DNA of 64,000 bases from Vulcanimicrobiota bacterium (GCA_963695225.1 OY968762.1:2208001-2272000), one strand, 5' to 3'; positions 9,213 to 20,729 are shown, counted from the stretch's first letter. Notes: generated from the letters alone by a model not told the origin. Numbers and translations are program-made.

Positions 9213-10631
9213 ATGCCCTCCGAAAAGCGCACCCCCGTGAGGGAAGCAGCGTCCGTGCACTTCGTCGGGATCAGCGGCATCGGGATGAGCGCCCTCGCGC
9301 GCATCCTCCTGCAACGGGGCGTCCGGGTCAGCGGGTCCAGCGACCGCGCGACGGCGCTGACCGCAGCTTTGGCCGCCGAGGGCGCGGACATCTCGATCGG
9401 CCATTCGCCGGCAAACCTGGGCGAAGCGACGCGTGTCATCGTCAGCTCGGCGATTTCCGAGGAGAACCCGGAACTGGCCGCCGCGCGCGCGCTGGGGCTC
9501 GACGTGCTCCGCCGCGGCACGCTCCTGGCGGAGATGATGGCGACGAAGCGCGGGATCGCGATCTCGGGAACGCACGGCAAGACGACGACGACGGCGATGG
9601 CGGCCTGCGTCCTCGAGGCGGGCGGGATCGATCCGACGGTCGTCATCGGCGGCGAACGCGTCGATACGGGGACGAACGCGCGCGTCGGCGCGAGCGAGTG
9701 GTTCCTCGGCGAAAGCGACGAATCGGACCGTTCGTTCCTGGAATTGCGCCCCGAGATCGCGGTCCTCACGAACGTCGAGAACGACCACATCGATTCCGAC
9801 GCCGACCTCCCGGCGCTCGTCGCGGCGTTTACCGCCTTCCTCGACCGCGTCCCGGCGCACGGCCTCGTGCTGGTGGGGAACGACGATCCGCGCGCCCGCG
9901 GGATAGGCGAGCTCTCGCGCGCGGCGCGGACGCTCACCTTCGGCTTCGGCGAGGCCGACGTCGTCGCGAGCGAGCGGCGCTTCGCCGGCTTCGGTTCGAC
10001 CTCGCGCATCTCGGCGAACGGCAGCCGGCTCGGCGAGTTGCGCCTGCACGTCCCCGGGGAGATCAACATCCTCGATGCGCTGCCGGCGATCGGGATCGGC
10101 CTCGAACTCGGCGTCCCGTTCGCAACCGCGGCCGAGGCGCTGGCGGCGTTCCGCGGTGTGCGGCGGCGCTTCGAGATCCTCGCGAGCGCGCCGCGGATGA
10201 CCGTCGTCGAGGATTACGCCCACCATCCGACCGCTGTGGCCGCGACGATCGCCGCCGCGCGGGGCGATTTCGACGGGCCGCTCGTCGTCGCGTTCCAGCC
10301 GCACCGCTACTCGCGCACTCGCTACCTCGCCGCGGATTTCGCCCGCGCATTGCGGGGCGCCGACCGGGTCGTCCTCACGGAGGTCTACGCCGCCTCCGAG
10401 CCCGCGCTCGCGGGCGTCTCGTCCCGCTCGATCGGCGAACCGCTCGAGGCGCTCGGCGGGCGCGTCGACTACGTGGCGCACGCCGACGAATTACCAGAGT
10501 ACCTCCTGGAGCAGGCCCCCGAAGGCGCTTTGGTGCTGTTGTTCGGTGCCGGCTCGATCACGACTGCGGCGGCCCGTCTCGCGCGCGAAGTGCGGGAAGC
10601 GGCCGAACGCACGGAGGTCCTCAGGCGATGA
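9213..10631 (+). CDS. murC: UDP-MurNAc:L-Ala ligase
   Basis: HFVGISGIGMS, GTHGKTTTT, ESDESD, DYAHHPT, FQPHRYSRT. Confidence 0.96.
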   Translation: MPSEKRTPVREAASVHFVGISGIGMSALARILLQRGVRVSGSSDRATALTAALAAEGADISIGHSPANLGEATRVIVSSAISEENPELAAARALGLDVLRRGTLLAEMMATKRGIAISGTHGKTTTTAMAACVLEAGGIDPTVVIGGERVDTGTNARVGASEWFLGESDESDRSFLELRPEIAVLTNVENDHIDSDADLPALVAAFTAFLDRVPAHGLVLVGNDDPRARGIGELSRAARTLTFGFGEADVVASERRFAGFGSTSRISANGSRLGELRLHVPGEINILDALPAIGIGLELGVPFATAAEALAAFRGVRRRFEILASAPRMTVVEDYAHHPTAVAATIAAARGDFDGPLVVAFQPHRYSRTRYLAADFARALRGADRVVLTEVYAASEPALAGVSSRSIGEPLEALGGRVDYVAHADELPEYLLEQAPEGALVLLFGAGSITTAAARLAREVREAAERTEVLRR

Positions 10632-11578
10632 GCGTCGCCGCCGCGAGCGAGCTGCAATCCGTCCTGGGGAGCCCCGAGCGCGAGCGCCTAAGCGAGATCT
10701 TCGGCGAGCGGGTCCGCTTCGACGAGCCCCTCGCGCCGTTCACGTCGTGGAAGATCGGCGGCCCGGCCGACGCGTTCGCGCTCGTCGAAAGCCGGAGCGA
10801 ACTGGAAGCGGCGCTCGAACTCGTACGCGCGCGCCGGGTTCCGTGGTTCGTGCTGGGAAGCGGATCGAATCTGCTCGTCGGGGACGGCGGGATTCGCGGC
10901 TTGACGCTGCGCTTGGGCGGCGAGTACGCCCTGCTCGCGTTCCGAGAGGACGAACCGGAGCACGTCGTCGTCGAGGCAGGCGCCTCGGCGAGCATGGCGC
11001 TGCTGACGGCGCAGGCCGCCTCGCGCGGAGCGCTCGGGATCGCTTCGCTGGCCGGGATTCCGGGGAGCGTCGGCGGCGCGTTGCGCATGAATGCCGGGAC
11101 CGATCGCGAGATCGGCGAGTTCGTTCGCGACGTCTCGGTGCAGACGCCGGCGAAACCCGCGCCGCATCGCGTGACGATGCAGTATTTCTACCGGCACACG
11201 ACGCTCGCGCGCGACGCGGTCGTCGCCCGGGTCACGCTCGCGTTCGAACGCGGCGATCCGCTCGAGGTGCGCGCAGATATGCAGCAGCGTCTCGTGCGGC
11301 GCAAGAATCACCAGCCGCTCCAGTTTCCGAACGCGGGCTCGTGCTTCCGCAATCCGCCCGCCGAGCGGGCCGGCCGGCTGATCGAAGCCGCCGGTGCGAA
11401 GGGCTGGCGCATCGGAGGAGCGGAAGTCTCGGAACTCCACGCTAATTTCATCGTGAACCGGGACGGAGCGACGGCCGCCGACGTCGCTTCGCTGCTCGCC
11501 AAGGTGCGGCGAGCGGTCGCGGATCGTTTCGGCATCGAGCTCGAGCTCGAGGTGCATTTTGTCGGAGTTTTCACGTGA
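10628..11578 (+). CDS. murB: UDP-N-acetylenolpyruvoylglucosamine reductase
   Basis: TSWKIGGPAD, GSGSNLL, GIPGSVGGALRMNAG, NAGSCFRNP, HANFIVN. Confidence 0.95.
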   Translation: MSVAAASELQSVLGSPERERLSEIFGERVRFDEPLAPFTSWKIGGPADAFALVESRSELEAALELVRARRVPWFVLGSGSNLLVGDGGIRGLTLRLGGEYALLAFREDEPEHVVVEAGASASMALLTAQAASRGALGIASLAGIPGSVGGALRMNAGTDREIGEFVRDVSVQTPAKPAPHRVTMQYFYRHTTLARDAVVARVTLAFERGDPLEVRADMQQRLVRRKNHQPLQFPNAGSCFRNPPAERAGRLIEAAGAKGWRIGGAEVSELHANFIVNRDGATAADVASLLAKVRRAVADRFGIELELEVHFVGVFT

Positions 11579-12513
11579 CTGAGAAAGCGCGCGTTGCCGT
11601 CGTCATGGGTGGCCCGAGTTCGGAGCGAGAGGTTTCGATCGCGAGCGGGCAAGGCGTGATGGGCGCGCTCGCCACGCTCGGATACGGCGCGCGTTCGTTC
11701 GATTTCGACGAGCGCTTCGTCGAGATGCTCCGCGAGTTCGCGCCGGACGTCGTATTCAACGCGCTGCACGGCCCCGGCGGCGAGGACGGACGCATTCAAG
11801 GGATCCTCGATTGGCTCGGCATCCCGTACACCGGGAGCGATCTCCGCTCGTGTGCGCTGGCGATGGACAAGCATCTGACGAAGAAGTTGATCTCCGCCGA
11901 AGGCCTCCCGACCGCCGCCTGGGACGTCTACGACCTCAGCGGAGGGACGCTGCCGCTGCTGCCGGGTTCGTTGAATCTGCCGCTCGTCGTGAAACCGCGC
12001 GACGAGGGTTCCAGCGCGGGCGTCACGATCGTGCACACGCACGAGGAATGGTCGCATGCGATGATCGCGAGCGCCGCGCGCACGACGAACGTGATGGCGG
12101 AAGAGTTCGTCGCGGGGCGCGAGTTCTCGTGCGGCGTGTTTTTCGAGCAGCCGCTCCCGATCGTCGAAATCGAGGCGAACGCCGCCTTCTACACGTACGA
12201 TGCGAAGTACAAACCGGGTGGAAGCCGCCATATCGTTCCGGCCAGGCTCGATCACGACCTGACCGCCCGGCTCCAGACGCTCGCGCTCTCCGTGCACCGT
12301 CTGATCGGCCTGCGCGACTACTCGCGGACGGACATCATCGTCACGAAGGAGGGGCGCCCATACATCCTCGAGGTGAACGCGCTCCCGGGCTTGACGCCGA
12401 CGAGCCTGCTCCCCGAGGAATGCGCGGCGGCGGGGATCCCCTACGAAGCGTTGATCGACCGTCTGGTCCGCGCCGCGCTCGACCGGGGCGCCGCCGTCAC
12501 CGCCGTTTCCTGA
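11575..12513 (+). CDS. ddl: D-alanine--D-alanine ligase
   Basis: GGPSSEREVS, LHGPGGEDG, MDK, GSSAG, YTYDAKY, LEVNALPGLT. Confidence 0.95.
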   Translation: MTEKARVAVVMGGPSSEREVSIASGQGVMGALATLGYGARSFDFDERFVEMLREFAPDVVFNALHGPGGEDGRIQGILDWLGIPYTGSDLRSCALAMDKHLTKKLISAEGLPTAAWDVYDLSGGTLPLLPGSLNLPLVVKPRDEGSSAGVTIVHTHEEWSHAMIASAARTTNVMAEEFVAGREFSCGVFFEQPLPIVEIEANAAFYTYDAKYKPGGSRHIVPARLDHDLTARLQTLALSVHRLIGLRDYSRTDIIVTKEGRPYILEVNALPGLTPTSLLPEECAAAGIPYEALIDRLVRAALDRGAAVTAVS

Positions 12514-12631
12514 GGATCGCGGTGCCGCTTGCTTCGCTTAGTGCGGCGCGTGTGAGGCGCTCCTCGCGCGCGCGGTGAGCTTTGTCGAAGTGAAAGAGAT
12601 TATCCAGGTATCTGCGAATGACGGCGGCATC

Positions 12632-13828
12632 ATGTCACATACGGGAACCGTAGTCGATCGGGGCCTGGAAGGCGTCGTCGTCGGCTCCACCGAGCTGAGC
12701 AATGTCGAGGGTCTCGAAGGCCGACTGACCTATCGCGGATACGACATCCACGATCTTGCGACGAATGCCTCGTTTGAAGAGGTCTGCTACTTGCTGCTGT
12801 TCGGGCAACTCCCGAACAAGTATCAGCTGGAGGACCTCAAGGTCCGACTTTCGGCGAATCGTATGCTGCCCAAGCCCCTGCTCGAGACGATGACGCACAT
12901 CCCGAAATCGGCGTGGCCGATGGACGTGCTGCGCACGATGATCTCGGGCCTCGCGCTCTACATGCCGCACACCGACGACGGCGCGCATCCCTCGAATCCG
13001 CGGACGGCGATTCATTTGATCGCCAAGACGCCGACGATTGTCGCAGCCTGGGATCGGATGCGCAACGACCTCCCGCCGATCGAGCCGCTCCCGAACCTCG
13101 CGACGGCGGCCAACTTCCTTTACATGCGCAGCGGGAAGCTCCCGATCAAGGAAGCGGTTGACGCGCTCGACACGTATCTCGTTCTGCTCTCCGACCACTC
13201 GTACAACGCCTCGACGTTCGCGGCCCGCGTGTGCGCCTCGACGCACGCCGACATTTTCGCCGCTGCGACTTCTGCCGTAGCGACGCTCGAAGGCGACTTG
13301 CACGGAGGCGCCCCCGGCAAGGTGATGTCGATGTTGCTGGAGATCGGCAAGCCGGAACGGGCGGAAACCTACGTTCGCGAACTGCTCGCGCGCGGTCAGC
13401 GCATCATGGGGATGGGCCATCGCGAGTACAAAGTGCGCGATCCGCGCGCGCAGCATCTCGAAGAGATGGCGAAAGCGCTCGGCGAGGCCTCCGATCCGAA
13501 GTGGTACAGCATCGCGCGCGCCCTCGAAGACGCGTCGAACAAGGTCCTGCAAGAGGAGAAGCCGGGGAAACGGATCTATGCGAACGTCGAGTTCTACACG
13601 GCGCCGACGCTCTACAGCCTCGGGATCCCGGCGGACGAGTTCACCTGCATGTTCGCCTGCGGCCGCATGGCCGGCTGGACGGCGCACATCCTCGAGCAAC
13701 TCGCCGACAACCGGCTGATTCGGCCGCAGGCGCGTTACGACGGGCCGCCGGTCATGCCCTACGTGCCGATCGAACAGCGCGGCCGCAAGGCGTCGAGCTC
13801 GAACAAGAACGGAACCCCCGGCGCGTGA
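12632..13828 (+). CDS. Citrate synthase / 2-methylcitrate synthase family
   Basis: GLEGV, LTYRGY, DHSYNASTF, LHGGA, MGMGHREYK, ANVEFY; start taken at ATG 12632. Confidence 0.9.
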   Translation: MSHTGTVVDRGLEGVVVGSTELSNVEGLEGRLTYRGYDIHDLATNASFEEVCYLLLFGQLPNKYQLEDLKVRLSANRMLPKPLLETMTHIPKSAWPMDVLRTMISGLALYMPHTDDGAHPSNPRTAIHLIAKTPTIVAAWDRMRNDLPPIEPLPNLATAANFLYMRSGKLPIKEAVDALDTYLVLLSDHSYNASTFAARVCASTHADIFAAATSAVATLEGDLHGGAPGKVMSMLLEIGKPERAETYVRELLARGQRIMGMGHREYKVRDPRAQHLEEMAKALGEASDPKWYSIARALEDASNKVLQEEKPGKRIYANVEFYTAPTLYSLGIPADEFTCMFACGRMAGWTAHILEQLADNRLIRPQARYDGPPVMPYVPIEQRGRKASSSNKNGTPGA

Positions 13829-14427
13829 GCAACGAACCGCCGCGCGGCGCACGCCGCGCGACCGTCTCGCGCTCGACGAAGGAGACTCGAATCGAGGTGA
13901 CGCTCGATCTCGACGGCGGCCCCGCCGCGATTTCGACGGACGTGAAGTTCCTCGACCACATGCTCGACGCGTTCGCGAAGCATTCCGGCTGCGGGCTCGA
14001 GGTCCGCGCGAGCGGCGACGGCCTCGATCACCATCATCTCGTCGAAGACGTGGGGATCGTGCTCGGGCAGGCGATCGCCGAAGCGCTCGGCGACAAGCGC
14101 GGCATCGCGCGCTTCGGCTCGCTCGCAGTGCCGCTCGACGATGCGCTCGTGCTGGGGAGCGTCGATCTCTCCGGCCGCGCCTACTTGAACTTTGCCGTGA
14201 AGTTCGGCGTCGAGAACCTCGGCGATCTCGGGACGGAGCTCGTCCCGCACTTCTTCCATTCGCTGGCCGAGCACGGCCGTTTCAACCTGCACTTGGTGCA
14301 ACTCGCGGGCGCGAACTCGCACCACCTGTGCGAGGCCGCGTTCAAGGCGTTCGCGCGCTCGTTCGCGCAGGCGATCGCCCGCGCGAACCGGGACGGCGTG
14401 CCCTCGACGAAGGGCATGCTGGCCTGA
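13825..14427 (+). CDS. hisB: Imidazoleglycerol-phosphate dehydratase
   Basis: RSTKET, FLDHML, DHHHLVED, NSHHLCEAAFKA, PSTKG; GTGA overlap with citrate synthase stop. Confidence 0.95.
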   Translation: MSNEPPRGARRATVSRSTKETRIEVTLDLDGGPAAISTDVKFLDHMLDAFAKHSGCGLEVRASGDGLDHHHLVEDVGIVLGQAIAEALGDKRGIARFGSLAVPLDDALVLGSVDLSGRAYLNFAVKFGVENLGDLGTELVPHFFHSLAEHGRFNLHLVQLAGANSHHLCEAAFKAFARSFAQAIARANRDGVPSTKGMLA

Positions 14428-14547
14428 GCACGCGCCCGGCGATCGGTGCGTTCGTATCCATACTAAGTTTGGAGTGCCGTTGTTAGAATCGCAGAACGCA
14501 CGATCTGCGCCAGAGGATGCCGGTGAGTGCGGCGAAGGCTCCGCAGC

Positions 14548-15162
14548 ATGAGGAACGGGACGCTTGCCGTCGTCGATTCAGGTGGAGGCAACCTCGGCTC
14601 GCTCCTGGCGGCGCTCGAACGGCGCGGCGTGTCGCCGGTGCTGACGGAGGACCCGGAGGTCGTCGACGCCGCCGATGCGGCGATTCTCCCCGGCGACGGC
14701 GCGTTCGCCGCGACGATGCGCGCGCTCGAAGCGCGCGGCCTGGATCGTGCGATCCGAAATCTCATCGCGCGCGGCCGGCCGTTTTTGGGAATCTGCGTCG
14801 GCATGCAGTTGCTCTTCGAAGGCAGCGAGGAGCACGAAACGTACGCGGGGCTCGGAATCCTGCCGGGGACGATCCGCCGTTTCGAAGACGCGCCGCGCGT
14901 TCCGCACATGGGCTGGAACGCGCTCGAGCTCGTCAGGCCGCACCCGTTCGTCGCGAACGTCGCATCGGGCGATTACGTCTACTTCCTGCACAGCTACCGC
15001 GCGGAGGTCGGCCCGGACACGCTCGCGGCGGCGACGCACGGCGAACGTTTCGCGGCGATCGTCGCGCGGGAAAACGTGATGGGCACGCAATTCCATCCGG
15101 AAAAAAGCCAAGTGACGGGAGCGCGCTTGCTCGACAACTTCCTGGCGTCGAGCGCTTCATGA
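14548..15162 (+). CDS. hisH: Imidazole glycerol phosphate synthase glutaminase subunit
   Basis: GNLGS, LPGDG, GICVGMQ, PHMGWN, FLHSY, QFHPEKS. Confidence 0.95.
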   Translation: MRNGTLAVVDSGGGNLGSLLAALERRGVSPVLTEDPEVVDAADAAILPGDGAFAATMRALEARGLDRAIRNLIARGRPFLGICVGMQLLFEGSEEHETYAGLGILPGTIRRFEDAPRVPHMGWNALELVRPHPFVANVASGDYVYFLHSYRAEVGPDTLAAATHGERFAAIVARENVMGTQFHPEKSQVTGARLLDNFLASSAS

Positions 15163-15881
15163 CGATCGTCCCCGCGATCGATCTGCGCGGCGGGCGCTGC
15201 GTGCGCCTCTTGCGCGGAGATCCCGCGCAAGAGACGCACTACGACGGCGATCCCGTCGCGCGCGCGCGTTCGTTCGTCGCCGCCGGCGCGAGGACGATTC
15301 ACGTCGTCGATCTCGACGGCGCGTTCGGGAGCGGCGAGAATCGCGCCGCCTTGCGCGCGATCGCGCGGGCCGTCGACGTTCCGATCCAAACCGGCGGCGG
15401 CGTGCGCGTGCCGAACGACGTCCGCCGGCGCCTCGACGACGGCGCGCGCTACGTCGTGCTCGGTACGTTGCTGGTCGAAGCGCCGAAGACGGCGCGTTCG
15501 CTGGTCGCGCAGTACGGGGACCGAATCATCGCGGGCGTCGACGCGCGCGGCCAAACCGTCGCGACGCGCGGCTGGCAGACCGAAACGCACGTCACGCGCG
15601 ACGCGTTCGTGCGCGAGCTGATCTCGTGGGGCGTCGGCCGCGTCGTCTTCACCGAGATCGGACGCGATGGAACCGGCACGGGCTACGATCTGGAAGCGCT
15701 CTCGGCGGTCGCCTCGCTGGGCGCGATCCACGTCACCGCCAGCGGCGGCGCGCGCACGCTCGCCGATCTGCGCGCGCTCGCGGAGCAAACGCCGCCCAAC
15801 GTCGATGCGGCGATCGTGGGGCGCGCGCTCTACGAAGGAACGATCGTGCTCGAAGAGGCGATCGCGCTCTTCGGGAGCTAG
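15159..15881 (+). CDS. hisA: ProFAR isomerase
   Basis: PAIDLRGGRCVRL, HVVDLDGA, GGGVR, ASGG, GRALYEG. Confidence 0.93.
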   Translation: MTIVPAIDLRGGRCVRLLRGDPAQETHYDGDPVARARSFVAAGARTIHVVDLDGAFGSGENRAALRAIARAVDVPIQTGGGVRVPNDVRRRLDDGARYVVLGTLLVEAPKTARSLVAQYGDRIIAGVDARGQTVATRGWQTETHVTRDAFVRELISWGVGRVVFTEIGRDGTGTGYDLEALSAVASLGAIHVTASGGARTLADLRALAEQTPPNVDAAIVGRALYEGTIVLEEAIALFGS

Positions 15882-16999
15882 GCGCGCAAGAAGCGCGGCA
15901 GCGCTTCGGGCAGGCGCGCCACGATCTCGTAGGCGATCGTCCCCGCCCAATTCGCCCACTCCTCCGCGCCGATCGCGTCGTCGCCGTCGCGGCCGAGGAG
16001 CGTGGCCTCGCTCCCCACGTGCGCCTGCGGGATCTCGGTGAGGTCGACGAACGAGGCGTTCATGCAGATCCGGCCGGCGAGCGGTGCGCGTTTCCCGCAG
16101 ACGAGCACTTGGGCGCGCCCGCCCGCCGCGCGCGGGATCCCCTCCGCGTAGCCGATAGGCAGGACGCCGATGCGCGAGGGGCGCGTCGTAGCGTAGGTGC
16201 AACCGTAGCCGATCGAGCGTCCGGCTTCGACCTCGCGCACGACGACGAACGGGCTCGTCCAGCGCAGCGCCGGCTCGAGAACGAGGCGTTTGCGTGCGGC
16301 GGCGAGCGTCTGCGGAGAGGGCCAGATGCCGTACGTCGCGATTCCGATGCGGGCCAAGTCGTAGCGAGATTCGGGGTAGAGTATCGCAGCGGCCGAGGCG
16401 GCCGCGTGGCGGAGGATTCCGCGCGCCTTCAGGTCTCCGAGCGGTGCGAGCGCCTCGTCGAAGCGGTGGAGTTGGTCGCGCGTGAAGGCCGATTCCAATT
16501 CCTCGGCGGCGGCGAGGTGCGTGAACGCTCCCCGGATCGAAACGACTTCGGAGGCCGCGGAGAGCGCCGCGAAGAGCGCGGCGGCCCGCTCCGGCTCGAC
16601 GCCGAAGCGGCCGACCCCGGTCTCGATCTTCAGATGGACCGGGAAAGGCCGCCCCGCCGCCGCGGCGGCCCTGGCGACGTCGCGGGCGTAAGCGCCAGCG
16701 GACCAGAGCGTGATCGCGGCCCGCGCCGCGAGCGCGGCCGGGAGGTCCCGCGGCCCGGCCGGCCCGATCACGAGGAGAGGCGTTTCGATCCCGGCCTCGC
16801 GCAACGCCGTCGCCTCATCAACGGAAAAGACGCAAAGGAGATCCGCGCTCCCCTCGATGGCCCGGGCGACCGGCACGAGACCGTGCCCGTACGCGTTCGC
16901 CTTCACGACGGCGGCGACGCCGGCCGGCGCGATCAGCGCGCGGATTCTCGCGAGGTTCCCGCGCAGGGCGGCGGGATCGATTTCTAATCGGGCGTTCAC
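15878..16999 (-). CDS. alr: Alanine racemase
   Basis: AVVKANAYGHG PLP-lysine motif, HLKIETG, IGYG, PIGYAEG, GTIAYEI. Confidence 0.95.
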   Translation of the reverse strand: MNARLEIDPAALRGNLARIRALIAPAGVAAVVKANAYGHGLVPVARAIEGSADLLCVFSVDEATALREAGIETPLLVIGPAGPRDLPAALAARAAITLWSAGAYARDVARAAAAAGRPFPVHLKIETGVGRFGVEPERAAALFAALSAASEVVSIRGAFTHLAAAEELESAFTRDQLHRFDEALAPLGDLKARGILRHAAASAAAILYPESRYDLARIGIATYGIWPSPQTLAAARKRLVLEPALRWTSPFVVVREVEAGRSIGYGCTYATTRPSRIGVLPIGYAEGIPRAAGGRAQVLVCGKRAPLAGRICMNASFVDLTEIPQAHVGSEATLLGRDGDDAIGAEEWANWAGTIAYEIVARLPEALPRFLRA

Positions 17000-17054
17000 C
17001 TGCCGGCCCTTGCACGCCCTAACATCGCCCGCCTGTTCACACGATAATGAGGAT

Positions 17055-17462
17055 ATGCCGCCGACGCGCCAAGGACTTCAGCTCCCGAGCGAGGTCAAGC
17101 CCTTCGGAATCGTGGGATTCCTCGGCTTGCTGGTGCGCGCCACCGTCGCCTACGTCTTCGGCTTCGCCCTCTACATCGGCATCTTTCGCGTGAGCCGGCG
17201 GGTCGGCCCGATCCTGACGGACGCAGGGCTCTCAAACTTCGCGCTGTTCTTGCTGATCGCGCTCGCCGTCGCGGCGATCTTGCTCGTGGTCTTTCAGCCG
17301 ATGTGGTCCACTGAGATGCGCGGTTTCGGGTTGATGACGAGCTTCACGATCGTGGCGATCGCGTTCGCGCAAGCAGCCGGCTTGACGCACATGGATGCGA
17401 TGGCGCCGATCGAGGTGCTCGTTCGCCAGCACATCGAGGTGTTCGCCGGCCTCCGAAGGTGA
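17055..17462 (+). CDS. Hypothetical membrane protein (~135 aa)
   Basis: GAGGA RBS before ATG 17055; three to four hydrophobic segments. Confidence 0.65.
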   Translation: MPPTRQGLQLPSEVKPFGIVGFLGLLVRATVAYVFGFALYIGIFRVSRRVGPILTDAGLSNFALFLLIALAVAAILLVVFQPMWSTEMRGFGLMTSFTIVAIAFAQAAGLTHMDAMAPIEVLVRQHIEVFAGLRR

Positions 17463-17466
17463 CGCG

Positions 17467-18126
17467 TCAGGTCTTGCCCCCGCTCGGGTTGTAGCCGTAC
17501 CCTTTCCGGTCGTGCGCGTGCGGTTCGAGCCGCTTGCGATAATGCGGCCGTCGCGGCGCTTCGATCGTGGCGTCCAGGACGTGGTACGTGTTGTCGTGGA
17601 TGCGGACCGGGTCGAGCCGGAACGACGTGAGTTCGGCCTCGAGGAACATCTCGGAGACGCGGGCGAGGAGCCGGGCGAGCATGCCGCGATGCTGCGCCGA
17701 GGACCCGATCCCGTGCTTGGAGCCGAAATCGTCGAGCATCGATTCGGCCCCCGATTCGTCGAGCGGGCACATCCGCTCGACCTGGTGCGTGCCGACGTCG
17801 AGCACGAGGATCGGCCCGAGCTTGGGATCGCGGCGCCCTTCTATGACGACGTCGACCCCGCGCTCGACCGCGCTCTGGGCGAGGAGCTGAACGGGTTGGC
17901 TGGGCTCGGGAAGCAAGCGGTCGAACTCGTGCCGGATCGCCTCCGTGTCGGAAAGGTGCCGCTCGTGCAGGACGGCGTCAACGGGCGAGCCCTCGGGGCG
18001 CAGCGTGATCGGGCGCCGGGCGGCGAAGGCGATGGCCTCGTCGGCCGTGTCGACGGCGGCGGTCCTCGCGACGTGGATTTCGTAGTGGTGCAGCAGTTCG
18101 AAGTTCTCGATTGGCTTGAGTCTCAT
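17467..18126 (-). CDS. Stand-alone ATP-grasp-like domain resembling the beta part of ADP-forming acyl-CoA ligases (degenerate)
   Basis: ELLHHYEI..., GVDVVIEGRRDPKLGPILV, LDPVRI...YHVLDA resemble ATP-grasp_5 motifs. Confidence 0.6.
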   Translation of the reverse strand: MRLKPIENFELLHHYEIHVARTAAVDTADEAIAFAARRPITLRPEGSPVDAVLHERHLSDTEAIRHEFDRLLPEPSQPVQLLAQSAVERGVDVVIEGRRDPKLGPILVLDVGTHQVERMCPLDESGAESMLDDFGSKHGIGSSAQHRGMLARLLARVSEMFLEAELTSFRLDPVRIHDNTYHVLDATIEAPRRPHYRKRLEPHAHDRKGYGYNPSGGKT

Positions 18127-18602
18127 TCCGTGGCCGTTCTCTCCCGTTGGTATGCCGCCTCCGCTCCGTCGCGGAGCCGGTCGAGAAGCGCGCGGGCGCT
18201 CCCGCGGGCGATCGAATAGCCGATCGTTTCGTCGAAGAGCCTGCCGGGGGCCCCGCCGGGCGGTTCGTAATTCCCATCGAGCGCCAGGAGGCTATCGTCG
18301 CGGTCCGGCCCCTCGAGCGGCTCCGCCGTCAGGATGCCGCTGAACGCGGGGAAGGGGCCTCCGCCGTCAGGCTCCCAGCTTACGTGCAGGACCTGATTGA
18401 GCCCGGCCGGGTCGGGGCCAAGCTGGACGTGGACGACGACCGGGCGCTCGAGGTTGAATCCGAGCGTGTGGGTGGGGAGGGGGCCTAGAGTCAGGTGGAT
18501 CGTACCGTCTTCCCGGCGGCACGTCTCCAAGTAGGCCGCAACGTACCGCTCGAGGCGGTCGCAGGGGCAGCGCACGTGCTCGTGCGCGAGCAGTCGGGTC
18601 AT
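18123..18602 (-). CDS. Hypothetical protein, GxYxPPxG family paralog 1
   Basis: Shares VxCP, WxPxxGGx(F/Y)PxFxG and GxYxPPxGxxGxxFD motifs with ORFs at 55321-55830 and 57407-57856. Confidence 0.8.
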   Translation of the reverse strand: MTRLLAHEHVRCPCDRLERYVAAYLETCRREDGTIHLTLGPLPTHTLGFNLERPVVVHVQLGPDPAGLNQVLHVSWEPDGGGPFPAFSGILTAEPLEGPDRDDSLLALDGNYEPPGGAPGRLFDETIGYSIARGSARALLDRLRDGAEAAYQRERTATE

Positions 18603-18634
18603 GCCTTGAAAGTTACCCGCTTTCTCGCGCCCCC

Positions 18635-18661
18635 CTTGCACTCACCCGCTCCCTCTGCTAA
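18635..18661 (+). promoter_or_regulatory. Degenerate CIRCE overlapping groES promoter (-35 TTGCAC, extended -10 TGcTAACGT)
   Basis: CTTGCACTC-N9-CTCTGCTAA. Confidence 0.7.
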
Positions 18662-18672
18662 CGTTATTGCGC

Positions 18673-18699
18673 TTGGCACTCTATCGCCACGAGTGCCAA
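18673..18699 (+). promoter_or_regulatory. CIRCE element (HrcA operator)
   Basis: Perfect inverted repeat TTGGCACTC-N9-GAGTGCCAA upstream of groES. Confidence 0.93.
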
Positions 18700-18732
18700 C
18701 GATCCTATTCTATTGAGTTTCTGGAGGTTTGT

Positions 18733-19026
18733 GTGAATCTCAGGCCCTTGGGCGATCGTCTGGTCGTCGAGCACGTCGAGCAAGCTGAAAAGACCGCCGG
18801 CGGCGTCTTTTTGCCCGACACCGCCAAAGAAAAGCCCCAAGAGGGGAAAGTGCTGGCGGTAGGTTCCGGCCGCACGCTCGACAACGGCACGAAGTTGCCG
18901 ATGGACGTGAAGGTCGGCGACCGCATCATCTACTCGAAGTACTCGGGTAGCGAAGTCAAAGTCGAAGGTAAAGAAGTCCTCATCATCTCGGAAAAAGACG
19001 TCCTCGCCGTCTTCGCTGGAGCGTAA
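18733..19026 (+). CDS. groES: Co-chaperonin GroES
   Basis: GGAGG RBS, GTG start; [30 protein letters not shown]. Confidence 0.97.
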   Translation: MNLRPLGDRLVVEHVEQAEKTAGGVFLPDTAKEKPQEGKVLAVGSGRTLDNGTKLPMDVKVGDRIIYSKYSGSEVKVEGKEVLIISEKDVLAVFAGA

Positions 19027-20688
<1,662 letters not shown>

Positions 20689-20729
20689 TTCGCTCGCGCG
20701 AATTTCGTCGACGTAGAGAGACGCAAGGG

